NCBI GenBank assembly: GCA_050115495.1
Contig: JASFQK010000031.1
Coordinates: 1-64,000 of the forward strand
Direction: 5' to 3'
DNA: 64,000 nucleotides
DNA from: Phycisphaerae bacterium
Lineage (GTDB): Bacteria; Planctomycetota; Phycisphaerae; UBA1845; Fen-1342
Position numbers and translations under genes: made by a program
Shown here: in pieces, positions 19,852 to 30,057 of the stretch
Numbering within the stretch: position 1 is the first letter of the stretch
Layout: every line of letters starts with the position of its first letter
Notes under the pieces: generated by a model
Database searches by the model: none
The model's input: the letters and a program-made list of their open reading frames with translations, nothing else
What the model was told of the DNA's origin: nothing

Positions 19852-21051
19852 CTATTCCTCGTACCGCAATTGCGCGTGCAGCGTCCCGCTCCTATGCAGG
19901 TGCTCGATCGCCGCGATCATCTGCTCCGGGCTGACCCGCAGTGCCGACAGCGTCTCCAGCAGCTCCTGGAACTGCACCCCGCCCGTCGCCTGTGGATCCA
20001 GACCGACCACGCCACCCGCGCCCCCCTGCCCCGGCGCTCCGACCGAAACCGTGCCGAAACCCGGAATCTGGAGCACCGTCGGCGAAATCGTCACCGTGCC
20101 CGTGAACGAGATGTTTCGCGTCACGCGGTTGATCGTTACCCGGGCCTGCTGTGCCGGCGGGTCGAACAGCTCCGATTGCAGCACCCGGCTGATGAACGCC
20201 GCCGGCTGTGGCAGCTCAGGCGTCGGGATGCGTACGCGCACATTTTTCGGTCCGATAGCCGCGGCCACCTCGGCCTGCACGATGCGTCGTGCCCCGCGGC
20301 CGTCCGCATCGTACGCCGCCGTCAGCTCACCGTTTGCGTGGTTGATCGCCTTGGCGACCACCTGGGCCCAGGTCCAGCCGGCGTGCTCGTCATCGAGCAC
20401 GAGCGTGATCGCCTCGCCCTCGATGAACGAGTAGAAGAAGTCGGCTTCGAGCGTCGCCCCGCCGCGGATGATGCCACGTGTCGGCACCTCCGGATCAGGC
20501 AGGTCGATGCGTCCGCCGGCTAGCGCAAAAATCTGCTGTGTCGTCGGGTCCTGCGGGTCAAACAGCACGAATTGCAGTGGCGTGGTCAGCAACTGCCCGC
20601 CGGCCAGGCCCTCCGCCGCCCCGATCACCGAAACGACGGCGTCCAGCGTCTCGCCTTCGCGAGCCCCGAACTCAGGGATGGTCACCTCGACGGTGACGAT
20701 GGCCACGCTCTTGTTGCCCTTCAGATCGTCTTCACTCAGCACGGGGGCCGCGTAGCGCCGGTGCAGGGCCATCAGGGCCCGCATGGTCGAGGCATACCGA
20801 TCGCCGTCGCCCGTGCCGGCCAGCCCCACGACCAGCCCGTAACCCATCAGCTTGTTCGTCCGCTGGCCCTGGAGATGGGCCACGTCCTGCACGCGCACGG
20901 TGAACGGCCGGCCGCCGACCGGGGCCGCGTTTGCCGCCGCCGGGCCCGTGGCCTGCACCACCTGCCCGCCGGCCGGCGTCGCACTGCCCAGCACGCCGGC
21001 GATCAGCAGTGCCGTCAAAGCCGCGGCGATGTTCGTCCGTTGAGACTTCAA
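19852..21051 (-). CDS. flgI: Flagellar P-ring protein
   Basis: RVQDVA.LQG.R.NKLMGYGLVVGLAGTGD, D.VVS.IG.A..L.GG.LL.TPL, G.LHAQL. Confidence 0.9.
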   Translation of the reverse strand: MKSQRTNIAAALTALLIAGVLGSATPAGGQVVQATGPAAANAAPVGGRPFTVRVQDVAHLQGQRTNKLMGYGLVVGLAGTGDGDRYASTMRALMALHRRYAAPVLSEDDLKGNKSVAIVTVEVTIPEFGAREGETLDAVVSVIGAAEGLAGGQLLTTPLQFVLFDPQDPTTQQIFALAGGRIDLPDPEVPTRGIIRGGATLEADFFYSFIEGEAITLVLDDEHAGWTWAQVVAKAINHANGELTAAYDADGRGARRIVQAEVAAAIGPKNVRVRIPTPELPQPAAFISRVLQSELFDPPAQQARVTINRVTRNISFTGTVTISPTVLQIPGFGTVSVGAPGQGGAGGVVGLDPQATGGVQFQELLETLSALRVSPEQMIAAIEHLHRSGTLHAQLRYEE

Positions 21052-21097
21052 GACTTATCCTCGCTGGCCGGGGCACTGGCCCCGGGGCATATCTCGC

Positions 21098-21874
21098 CTA
21101 GAACGGCCTCAGGAAATCGAACGCCCGCATCAGCCACCCGCGCCGTGTCGCGTCGCGCACAGCACCGAGCTCCGGCATGTCCACCTCGAGGTTGGCCAGT
21201 TGCGTGCTCAGCACGGTGTTCTGGGCCGTGACGTCCTCGCTACGGCATTCGCCGGTCAGCGTGGCGATCACGACCTCGTCGCCCGTCTTGATCCGCTTGC
21301 GGGCTTCGAGGATGAGATTGCCGTTCGGCTTCACGTCGATCACGGTCGCCGTAATCCGCGTGGTCAGCTCGTCCTTGCGGTCGTACTTGCCCTTGCCGTC
21401 GTATTTGTTCTCGAAGTCGGAGTCGATCCCCGGCGTGCCATCAGGGAACACCTGCGGCACCAGCTTGTCATGCGTGTCCAGCCGCAGCCACTTGGCCAGC
21501 TCCCACTTGATCTGCCAGTTCTTCTGCGATTCCATCTTGGCGTCGTTCAGGCTCGTGCGCGACTCCCGCACGATCACCGTTACCAGGTCGTGCGTGCAAA
21601 TCTTGCGCGGCTTCGGTGGCTCCACCCCGATCGGCGAGACCATCACCAGCACTTCGTTCGGCGGCGGCGCATCGTCCACGCGCGACGCCGGCCGAATGCC
21701 GATCCCCGCCGACGTCGGCACCGGCTGGCTGACGACCGGCTGTGACGTCGGCGCCGGCCGCGAGCGCTGCCCGCGCAATAACGAGTTGCTCTGCGCCGCC
21801 GCGGGCACCGCGACCAGCCCACAGGCCAGCCACACGGCCCCCGCGCATCTCAGGTGCAAACGAGCGTGCATCAT
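21098..21874 (-). CDS. flgH: Flagellar L-ring protein
   Basis: DLVTVIVRE, ITATVIDVKPNGNLILEA.K, NTVLSTQLA, GWLMRAFD..RPF. Confidence 0.9.
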   Translation of the reverse strand: MMHARLHLRCAGAVWLACGLVAVPAAAQSNSLLRGQRSRPAPTSQPVVSQPVPTSAGIGIRPASRVDDAPPPNEVLVMVSPIGVEPPKPRKICTHDLVTVIVRESRTSLNDAKMESQKNWQIKWELAKWLRLDTHDKLVPQVFPDGTPGIDSDFENKYDGKGKYDRKDELTTRITATVIDVKPNGNLILEARKRIKTGDEVVIATLTGECRSEDVTAQNTVLSTQLANLEVDMPELGAVRDATRRGWLMRAFDFLRPF

Positions 21875-22911
21875 CCTTCCTCCATCACCTGTACCGTGCC
21901 CACGCCGGTGACGATCCCGCGCAGAATCGTCCGACTTCGCCGGGCGTCGCCCAGGCGCACGCGCACGGCGTCCCCGTAATTGCCGTTGTCCAGGGCCGTC
22001 CCCGTGAGGTGCACCTGCACGTTGCGACCCGAGCTCAGCACCTTGACCGGCCGCGAACGCTGCACCAGCTCCACGGCCTTCAGATCGCCGCGGGCCACCA
22101 TCTGGTCGGCCGGCACAAACTGCGCCACCTGCTGACCCACGACCTGTTCGAGCCGATCCGGCCCGATGTCCTCCTCACGCTCGAAGAGGCGTGCCTCCAG
22201 CGCAATCTCTTCCCGCCGCACGAACGACCCCACGTTCAGCGGCCGCCGGGCCACCACGACCTCCTTGGACAGACGCACGCGCACGAAGACGCTCACGGCC
22301 CGCACCGTCCGCCCATCCCGCCGCAGAATGACCCGATACTCGCGCAGCCCCAGCCGCGCCGCCCCCTGCCCGCGAATGGAGAACTCGAACGGCGGTGACG
22401 TCAGGTCCAGGAACTGCCGAGCGGCCTGCTCGAACTCCAGCTCCGGCGTGCCGCCGAGTCCGGACAGCTCGTCCGTCACGTGCCGCCGCAAGGCCTCAGC
22501 CAGCGTGCCTGCCCCGGCGAGCACCCCATTCTCCGCCTCGAGCGCCGCCGGCGCTAAGATCACCTCGGCCGGCTGCGGCGGACGCAGTGTGACCTGGCAG
22601 CTCATCGCCCCGCCCAGCAGCACACCGCCCAGGTCCACGCCCAGCTCACGCAGCCGGCGTTCAATCTGCTCGTGGGTCACCGCCACCGTCGACGCCCCAC
22701 CCTCCGGCACCGACAGCGACTGCCCGCCGACGGCCTGCCGCAGGGACGACCTCGCCGGCTGGAACAGCAATACGTCGTCGAAGGTGACCTGCTCGCCCCA
22801 GACCAGTGCCTGCGGGCGGAGCTTCAGGGAAACCACGTCGGTCGGCGACGGGTCCGCCGCCTGCCCCGTGCCCAGGGCCGCCGCAATCAGGATGATGCCG
22901 AGCATGCGCAT
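21871..22911 (-). CDS. flgA: Flagellar P-ring formation chaperone FlgA
   Basis: Signal peptide; SAF-like VVVARRPL..G; C-terminal LV....V...G.ALDNG.YGD.VRV; start could be 22911 or 22920. Confidence 0.8.
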   Translation of the reverse strand: MRMLGIILIAAALGTGQAADPSPTDVVSLKLRPQALVWGEQVTFDDVLLFQPARSSLRQAVGGQSLSVPEGGASTVAVTHEQIERRLRELGVDLGGVLLGGAMSCQVTLRPPQPAEVILAPAALEAENGVLAGAGTLAEALRRHVTDELSGLGGTPELEFEQAARQFLDLTSPPFEFSIRGQGAARLGLREYRVILRRDGRTVRAVSVFVRVRLSKEVVVARRPLNVGSFVRREEIALEARLFEREEDIGPDRLEQVVGQQVAQFVPADQMVARGDLKAVELVQRSRPVKVLSSGRNVQVHLTGTALDNGNYGDAVRVRLGDARRSRTILRGIVTGVGTVQVMEEG

Positions 22912-22946
22912 TTCCTGCACCTCAATGCTTAGCCGCTACCCGGGCG

Positions 22947-23747
22947 TTACCGCCTCAGGTTGGCGACGACCTGCAACGACTCGTTGGCCGCCTGGATCGT
23001 CTGCGAGTTCATCTGGAACACCCGCTGCGTCTTGATCAGCTCCACCAACTCGGTGACCGCCTCGGTCGTGCTCGACTCGAGGTTGCCGCCCATCACCGTC
23101 CCCAGCCCGTTCTCGCCGGCGACGCCCTGGATCGGCTCGCCCGACGCGGGGCTTTGCAGGTACAGATTCGAGCCGTACTGGATCAGCCCCTCGGGGTTCG
23201 GGAAGCGGGCCAGCTCGAGCTGCCCCACCACCGTCGCCTGGGCGTTGTCGTCGATCACCGTGATCTCGCCGTTACTGCCGATGGCGATCCGCTCGGGCGG
23301 GATGTTCGTATCGATCGTGATGCCGTCCGCGAGCCGGTGGCCGAAGTTGTTGCCCAGCACCAGTTCGCCGTCGGCGTTACGCACCAGGTTGCCGTAACGC
23401 GTGTAGGCCACGCCGCCGCCGGGCAGTTCCACGCGGAAGAAGCCGTCGCCCTGGATCATGGCGTCGAGCGTTCGTCCGGTGAGCTCGGCCGACCCCTGGT
23501 GGAACATGATCTGCGTGTTGGCCAGGGCCGTGCCCAGGCCGATCTGCGTGCCCAGGGGCGACGTCGTCTCGGCGCTGGTCTGCACGCCCGGCTGGGCGTA
23601 CATCTGGTACAGCAGATCCTGGAAGTTGGCCCGCGAGGCCTTGTAGCCGTGCGTGTTCGCGTTAGCGATGTTGTGCGCGATGACGTCGATCTTCGTGGAC
23701 AGGGCTTGCATCCCCGTCGCGGCTGTATGCAAAGCGCTTATCGCCAT
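22947..23747 (-). CDS. flgG: Flagellar basal-body rod protein FlgG
   Basis: AATGM...DVIAHNIANANT.GYK.SR..FQDLLYQ, GDGFF, F.NP.GL...G.NLY, LE.S; GGAGGAG SD before ATG 23747. Confidence 0.92.
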   Translation of the reverse strand: MAISALHTAATGMQALSTKIDVIAHNIANANTHGYKASRANFQDLLYQMYAQPGVQTSAETTSPLGTQIGLGTALANTQIMFHQGSAELTGRTLDAMIQGDGFFRVELPGGGVAYTRYGNLVRNADGELVLGNNFGHRLADGITIDTNIPPERIAIGSNGEITVIDDNAQATVVGQLELARFPNPEGLIQYGSNLYLQSPASGEPIQGVAGENGLGTVMGGNLESSTTEAVTELVELIKTQRVFQMNSQTIQAANESLQVVANLRR

Positions 23748-23789
23748 CGCGAACACTCCTCCGTTTCAACGTTCGTTCTGATCCCGCGC

Positions 23790-24539
23790 TTAGCGGGCCA
23801 GCAGATTGATCAGCCGGCTGGCCGACTGATCCTGCAGCGAGAGCATGCGGGCGTTGATCTCGTACGCCCGCGCGGTCTCGATCATGCCTACCAGTTCCTG
23901 CACCGGGTCGACGCTCGACGCCTCCACCTTGCCCGACAGCACCCGGGCCACCGACGGAATCGTCGCCGTCTCCCCCGCATCGAACCGCCCCGACCCGGCG
24001 TGCCGCAGCGCGTCCCGGTCGGCGAAGTCGACCACCGCCAACTGCCCGACGATCACGCCGTCCTGCACGACGCGGCCGTCCTCGTCGCAGCTCGGCTTTC
24101 CCCCGAACGGATTCACCTGGACCGGCGCCCCGGACGGGCCGAGCATGGGCGCTCCGTCCGTCGCACTGCGCACCTGACCGGTGTCGTCCACCATCAGCCG
24201 GCCGTCACGCGTGTACAGCACGCGCCCGTCCGCTTCGGTCACCAGGAAACCCGGACCGTCCAGGGCGACGTCCATCTCATTCCCCGTCTCCACGAGCGTG
24301 CCCTGGCTCCAGTCCGTGTACGTCTGTCCCAGCCACAGCCCCCCGGACAATGCCTCCAGCCCCACCGCGCTCGGACCCTGACGTCCCCCGCTCACGCTCT
24401 CCGGCTCACGCTCGGCGAGTACGGCGACTTCCTGCTTGAAGCCGACCGTCTCCGCGTTCGCCAGGTTGTTGGCGATCACGTTCTGCTCGTATTCGCGGGT
24501 CATCATGCCCGCCGCAGAGTGATACAGCCCGTAGATCAT
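23790..24539 (-). CDS. flgF: Flagellar basal-body rod protein FlgF
   Basis: MIYGLY.SAAGM..NVIANNLANAET.GFK, TGN..DVALDGPGF, YTRDG, E.S.VD.V.E. Confidence 0.85.
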   Translation of the reverse strand: MIYGLYHSAAGMMTREYEQNVIANNLANAETVGFKQEVAVLAEREPESVSGGRQGPSAVGLEALSGGLWLGQTYTDWSQGTLVETGNEMDVALDGPGFLVTEADGRVLYTRDGRLMVDDTGQVRSATDGAPMLGPSGAPVQVNPFGGKPSCDEDGRVVQDGVIVGQLAVVDFADRDALRHAGSGRFDAGETATIPSVARVLSGKVEASSVDPVQELVGMIETARAYEINARMLSLQDQSASRLINLLAR

Positions 24540-24772
24540 GACTGACATTCCTCAATGGAGCGGATGGCGGCGGATGCCGGCGTCATCGCGTTGCGCAAGG
24601 CGAGTTCATCCGTGGCTCGCCGCAACGCCTCAGCCAGCACCCGCCGCCCCAGTTCGCTCCAGTCCCGCGGCGTGGAGTCCGTCGTCGGCAGCGGACGGCC
24701 ATCGCATTCGCCTGTCACCGCCGGCTCAGCGGTGAACCATGACGTCGCGATGCGCTGTGTCTGCCGAGGCAT
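24536..24772 (-). CDS. Hypothetical 78-aa protein heading the flg operon
   Basis: AAGGAG SD 8 nt before ATG 24772; its TGA overlaps the flgF ATG (ATGA); lies downstream of a sigma54-like site. Confidence 0.55.
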   Translation of the reverse strand: MPRQTQRIATSWFTAEPAVTGECDGRPLPTTDSTPRDWSELGRRVLAEALRRATDELALRNAMTPASAAIRSIEECQS

Positions 24773-24849
24773 ACCGTTACTCCTTCGCCGTGCACTGCGC
24801 GCGCCGCCGTCCGTGGCGGCCGACCGCGTAGCACTCGCTGCCCCTCTTC

Positions 24850-24865
24850 TGCACAGGCCGTGCCA
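24850..24865 (-). promoter_or_regulatory. Sigma54 promoter candidate of the flg operon
   Basis: Minus strand TGGCACGGCCTGTGCA matches TGGCAC-N5-TTGCA with correct -24/-12 spacing. Confidence 0.65.
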
Positions 24866-25237
24866 ACGCGGTGCGCCGCGCATGCCAGAAGGCGCGGCAC
24901 CGCGCGCGAATTGGCTAAAATGACGTGTTTTGCTGCGTTTTCGCGAAGTCTGTCGCCGGCTGTCGCCGCACGCGCCGCCCACCCGTCATCAGCAGCACTT
25001 GCGCCCGCCGCGCAGACCGTGCCGACCCGCCCCCGCCCGTTATCGGCCTCCCCCACCCCGTAGCGTCCGGGCTCCGTACCGGACGTCTTCCCTCTACACC
25101 AGAGGCAAATGTCTTTGGCCGGCAGATCCATTAGTGTATATTGAATCTGTGGCTCGTCGGTCTCGGCCGAGCTGACGGGCGATAATCACGTTGTTCTCGG
25201 GCGATCATTCGACATCCAGACAGGGAAGGGAAACGCG

Positions 25238-27688
25238 ATGACTGCGCGCTTCTATTATGGGCTGTGGACGGTCCTGCTCGTCCTCGCCCTCGGCTGGCTC
25301 GCGCCGGCGCAAGGTCCGTTATTCTGGACCGGGGGCTTCACCGCCCCCGGCACCGATGGCCAGGTTCTGGCTCTGGTGGCGTTCGACGACGGCAGCGGGC
25401 CTGCCGTGATTATGGGCGGCGACTTCACGACCGCCGCCGGTTTGACGACCGGCAACATCGTCAAGTGGGATGGTTCAACGTTCACGCCGCTCGGCGACGG
25501 CCTCGACGGTCCCGTGCGCGCTTTGGCCGTGCTCGACGACGGGCGCGGGCCGGCGTTATATGCGGGCGGCACATTCACCACCGCCGGCGGCGCCGCGGCG
25601 CTCAACATCGCTCGCTGGGACGGTAGCACTTGGTCCGCCGTGGATACCGGACTCAGCGGCGATGTGCATGCGCTCACAGTGTTCGCCGATGAGCGCGGAC
25701 CGGCGTTGTACGCAGGCGGCGCGTTCAGCACCGCCGGCGACACACCGGCATCGTGTGTCGCCCGCTGGGACGGCACGTCGTGGTCTGCGCTGGATGAAGG
25801 TCTCGACGCCGGCGAACCGACATGTGCGCACGCCTTTGTCGTGTTTGACGACGGGCGCGGGCCGGCGCTGTACGTCGCCGGCCGCTTCACCGAGGCCGGC
25901 GACGTGCACGCCAACCGCGTCGCCCGCTGGGACGGCACCGCGTGGTCCGCCGTCGGCTGGGGCATGAACACCGACGTCTATGCGCTGGCCGTCTTCGATC
26001 CGCCGGATCGGGATGGCCCCGTGCTCTGCGCCGGGGGCTGGTTCACCATGGCCGATAACCAGCCGGCCAACCGCATCGCCTCCTGGGACGGACAGGCATG
26101 GTCTGCGCTCGGCGACGGCATGGCCGGCGAGGACTTCCCGCCCGTCTACGCTCTTGCCGTCCACGACGACGGCGCGGGCGAAGCGCTGTACGTCGGCGGC
26201 GCGTTCACGCTGGCCGGCGGCCTGAGCACGCCCTACATCGCCCGCTGGGATGGCATCACCTTCAGCCCCGTCGGCGAAGCGCTCGACGCCCCCGTCCGCG
26301 CCCTGTTGAGCACGGACGGCGAGACCGGGCCGACGCTCTACGCCGGCGGCGACTTCCGCAATCCACCACGACACGTCGCCGAATGGAACGGCGCGACGTG
26401 GACGGCCGTCGACGGTGGCCACGGCATGACCGGTCAGATCGACGCGCTGGCGGTCTTCGACGACGGCGACGGCACGGCGCTCTACGCCGGCGGAGCCTTC
26501 ACCGCCGCCGGTCGTCTGCCCGCCGCCCATATCGCCCGTTGGAATGGCTGGTCCTGGACAGCGCTGGGCAGCGGCCTGGGCGGCGTGGAGGATCCGACGA
26601 TTCAGGCCTTCGCGGTCTATGACGACGGCAATGAGCGTACGCTGTGTGTGGCCGGCCGCTTCACTACGGCCGACACGGTCAGCGCCGCGCACATCGCCTG
26701 CTGGAACGGCGACACCTTCGCCGCGCTCGGCGAGGGTGTCGGCGGCGTGCCCGTACCCATCATCCACGCCCTGGCTGTCTTCGACGATGGACGCGGGCCG
26801 GCCCTCTACGCCGGCGGTGACTTCCTCACCGCCGGCGGCCAGCCCGCCGCGCACATCGCCCGCTGGGATGGCCAGGCGTGGTCCGCCGTCGGCAGCGGAC
26901 TCAACGATCGTGTCTACGCCCTGACCGCCTTCGACGACGGACGCGGCCCAGCCCTCTACGCCGGCGGAGCCTTCACCGCCGCCGGCAGCGTACCCGTCAG
27001 CTACATTGCCCGCTGGGACGGCCAGACGTGGTCGGAGCTGGACGGCGGCACGAACGGTCCGGTCCACGCCCTGGCTCCCGCCGAAGCCCTCGGTAGTTCG
27101 CTGTTGTACGCCGGCGGGTGGTTCAGCAACGCCGGCGGCCGAAGCGCTCTGCACGTTGCGCGTTGGGACGGGCAGGCGTGGTCCGCGCTGGGCGCCGGGC
27201 TGTCGAACACCGTCCGCGTCCTGAAGTACGTGGAGCGCTGGCCGATGCCGGGCCTCTACGCCGGCGGCAGCTTCATGAGCAGCGGCGGGACGAGCGTGCC
27301 GTACGTCGCCCGTTGGGACGGACTGGACTGGACGGATTTCGACACCGGCATGGACGACGAGGTTTATGCGCTGGCGTTCTTCGACGACGGCGCGAACGAC
27401 GCCCTGTACGTCGGCGGACGGTTCCGCAGCGCCGGCGGCATCCCGTCCGACGGTATCGCCCGCTGGGGCGGCGAGGTCAGCGGTCTGCTCGGTGACGTGA
27501 ACTGCGACGGCGACGTGAACAACTTCGACATCACCCCGTTCGTCGTGTTGATCACCGACATACCGCCCGACTATCCCAACTACTACAACCGCTGGCCCGA
27601 CTGCGACCACACGCTCGGCGATGTGAACGGCGATGGACAGATCAACAACTTCGACATCGCCCCGTTCATCGCCCTGATCACGCGCTGA
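25238..27688 (+). CDS. Secreted 14-repeat beta-propeller protein with C-terminal dockerin-like domain
   Basis: Signal peptide; 14 copies of V.ALAVFDDG.GPALYAGG.F..AG..A..IARWDG..W; C-terminal GDVNCDGDVNNFDITPFV..GDVNGDGQINNFDIAPFI. Confidence 0.85.
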   Translation: MTARFYYGLWTVLLVLALGWLAPAQGPLFWTGGFTAPGTDGQVLALVAFDDGSGPAVIMGGDFTTAAGLTTGNIVKWDGSTFTPLGDGLDGPVRALAVLDDGRGPALYAGGTFTTAGGAAALNIARWDGSTWSAVDTGLSGDVHALTVFADERGPALYAGGAFSTAGDTPASCVARWDGTSWSALDEGLDAGEPTCAHAFVVFDDGRGPALYVAGRFTEAGDVHANRVARWDGTAWSAVGWGMNTDVYALAVFDPPDRDGPVLCAGGWFTMADNQPANRIASWDGQAWSALGDGMAGEDFPPVYALAVHDDGAGEALYVGGAFTLAGGLSTPYIARWDGITFSPVGEALDAPVRALLSTDGETGPTLYAGGDFRNPPRHVAEWNGATWTAVDGGHGMTGQIDALAVFDDGDGTALYAGGAFTAAGRLPAAHIARWNGWSWTALGSGLGGVEDPTIQAFAVYDDGNERTLCVAGRFTTADTVSAAHIACWNGDTFAALGEGVGGVPVPIIHALAVFDDGRGPALYAGGDFLTAGGQPAAHIARWDGQAWSAVGSGLNDRVYALTAFDDGRGPALYAGGAFTAAGSVPVSYIARWDGQTWSELDGGTNGPVHALAPAEALGSSLLYAGGWFSNAGGRSALHVARWDGQAWSALGAGLSNTVRVLKYVERWPMPGLYAGGSFMSSGGTSVPYVARWDGLDWTDFDTGMDDEVYALAFFDDGANDALYVGGRFRSAGGIPSDGIARWGGEVSGLLGDVNCDGDVNNFDITPFVVLITDIPPDYPNYYNRWPDCDHTLGDVNGDGQINNFDIAPFIALITR

Positions 27689-27851
27689 GCCGACCGCGAG
27701 GGCGAGCGCCTCTCGACGATCGACGGCCGACACCGAGGTCGGCTGCTACGTTGGCGTGCGAAGCGTTTGTCACATGCGACGTCGGCCACGGGGGGCCGAC
27801 GCTACGCGCGTTGTCGGCGGTCGCGGCACGACGGCTGACGCTGCGGGATGA

Positions 27852-29900
27852 TTAACGCGCGATGACGGTGTCGCCGGCTTGTGGCGGCGACTCGCGCGGC
27901 GACGTCAGCAGCTCCGCAACGACCACCGTGCGTCCGGAGTAGCGCTGCACGACGCGCATCTGCCCCACCTCGCGCCCGCCGTGACGCACCGACACGGACA
28001 TCCCCACATACGCACGCGGCAGTTCGAGCGTCGCCAGCCGCCGGCCCGCGTCGTACGTGCGTACCACGCCCTCCACCGCCGGCAGTCGGGTCAGCGCCCT
28101 TGCTCGCTCCAGGGCTCGCTCCGTCGAATGACGCCCCCACGGCGGCAGCCGCGACACCACATCATCCAACAGCGCCAGACCCAGCGGATTGTCGTTCCAG
28201 GCCAGCGCCTCGGCCGCCGCCGTGGCCACGCGATGATCCGGATCGGACAGCAACTCGACGAGCACCACCTCCGCCGACTCATAGCGCAACGCGGCGAGAC
28301 AGGACACCGCATCCAGCCGCTGCCTCGCATTCGCCTCAGCCAGGTACGCCCGCCAATCTGCCACGCCGAGCAGCACATCCTCGGTCAGATATGCTGGCGT
28401 GTGGCGATAGTAGATCTCGAGTGTGAGCACGCAGATCGCCGTCGTGTAGACGCGACTGCCCATCTCGCCCCACTTGCCCCACTTGGCCCCGTTTGAGCCG
28501 TACGGATCCCAACTACCGTCGGCCGATCGGCGACGAGCACCGGCGGCCGGCCGATTCTGCAACGGCAGAATCGTGTCGCGCAGAACGGCGTTCCAGCGTT
28601 CCCAGTCACGCCCGCCGCGCTGGAACATCGCCACCGTGCCGTAGTACCAGTAGTACTCGCTGTGCAGCTCCGTCGGGTCGCGGCCGCGGGCCAGCCCCGT
28701 CGACGGCGGCCGCGCGAGCAGCAGCGCCGCCTGCCGACGCGGCATCGCCCCATCCATGCGCCAGCCGAGCAGTTGTGTGCACGTCAGGCCGGCGGCGGTC
28801 ATCGACGGTCCGAAGCGGTACTCCGGCCGCCCGCTCGCATCGAGCTCGTAGCCCGTGCCGGCGTCGGCGTACCACACGCGCCCGTCCGGCTGCGTCGCCC
28901 GTGAGAAATGCAGCGCCGCCAACACCAACGTCCGCCGCGGCACCTCGATCCCCGCCGCCGCACAGGCATGCAGCGCCTGCACGACCCACGCCGTGATCGA
29001 CGTGTCATTCCGGCCGATGTCCGGCCACGCCCGGTAGTCCCAGCCGCCCAGCGCCTGCTGAGCGCGCACCAGTCGCCCCACCGCCCGTTGCAGTGGCTCG
29101 ACCAGCCGCGGCTGCCGCGTCATGGCGTAGTGCTCGGCGAGGGCGAACGTCGCCAGCGAATCGTTGTACCCGGCCATCTCATCGTCGGGACCAGGGCCGA
29201 ACCCGCCGTCCGGCTGCTGCATATTGAGCAGCGCCGTCACTGCCCGCTCGACCACCCGCTGGTACGGACCACGCTCATCCGTGTAGCCCGCCCCGAGAAA
29301 CGCCAGCAGGCACAACCCGGTCAGGCCGGCGTCCAGCGACACCTCCGTCCGCCGGATTGCATGCCCGGTGCAGCGATCGCGATCCGGATCGAGGTCGGCG
29401 AAGTGGAAGCGGTCCCAGATACCCTCCGGCGACTGGTGGGCGGCGAGCCAGTTCAGCCCGGCCTCGACGGCGTTCTCTGTCTGTGGTGTACCGCCGAACT
29501 CGGCCACGCCACGTTCGCGGGCCTCGGGTGAACGGTCGAGCTGCTCGGGTGTGGCCGGCCGCGTGGTCACCGGAGGCAGCGGTCCGCTCGGCGCCGCCGA
29601 TTGACCCTGTACACGTTCGACTTCGACGATCGGCCCGCTCGGCTCTGTTTCGTCCTGGTCGCCACCGGTTGTCACGATCGGCGGAGGTGCCGGGCGCTCT
29701 CGAACAGGCGCCGCCGGAAGCGTGGCCGGGCCGGCGACAAACGGGGCCGGCCGACTGGTGACCGCGCGTGCCCCCCCGCCGACCGGCGCACGCGGCGGGC
29801 TCGCCGCAGGCCACAATAGCAGCAGCGGCAGCGCCACCACGAGCGCAGTGACGGCGATGAGGAACAGCCCTCCCCAGCGTACCGACCAGCGGTCCAGCAT
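27852..29900 (-). CDS. Membrane-anchored prenyltransferase/squalene-cyclase repeat protein with HEAT repeats
   Basis: N-terminal TM and Pro-rich linker; AVEAGLNWLAAHQ, GGWDY, DTSITAW, YYWYYGT, GSWDP, RVYTTA..LTLEIYYR. Confidence 0.8.
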   Translation of the reverse strand: MLDRWSVRWGGLFLIAVTALVVALPLLLLWPAASPPRAPVGGGARAVTSRPAPFVAGPATLPAAPVRERPAPPPIVTTGGDQDETEPSGPIVEVERVQGQSAAPSGPLPPVTTRPATPEQLDRSPEARERGVAEFGGTPQTENAVEAGLNWLAAHQSPEGIWDRFHFADLDPDRDRCTGHAIRRTEVSLDAGLTGLCLLAFLGAGYTDERGPYQRVVERAVTALLNMQQPDGGFGPGPDDEMAGYNDSLATFALAEHYAMTRQPRLVEPLQRAVGRLVRAQQALGGWDYRAWPDIGRNDTSITAWVVQALHACAAAGIEVPRRTLVLAALHFSRATQPDGRVWYADAGTGYELDASGRPEYRFGPSMTAAGLTCTQLLGWRMDGAMPRRQAALLLARPPSTGLARGRDPTELHSEYYWYYGTVAMFQRGGRDWERWNAVLRDTILPLQNRPAAGARRRSADGSWDPYGSNGAKWGKWGEMGSRVYTTAICVLTLEIYYRHTPAYLTEDVLLGVADWRAYLAEANARQRLDAVSCLAALRYESAEVVLVELLSDPDHRVATAAAEALAWNDNPLGLALLDDVVSRLPPWGRHSTERALERARALTRLPAVEGVVRTYDAGRRLATLELPRAYVGMSVSVRHGGREVGQMRVVQRYSGRTVVVAELLTSPRESPPQAGDTVIAR

Positions 29901-30057
29901 GGGCCAGCCTCTCCCGTTGCCCGGCGCCACGAACGGCACCGGACACTCTCATTCTACGCGCCAGCCCAAGCGCCCGCTGAATCCCCCCGTCCCTCCGCGC
30001 AAACAAAAGTCCCGTGGCCGGCAACCGACCACGGGACCACCCTTCCCGCCCGTGCCT

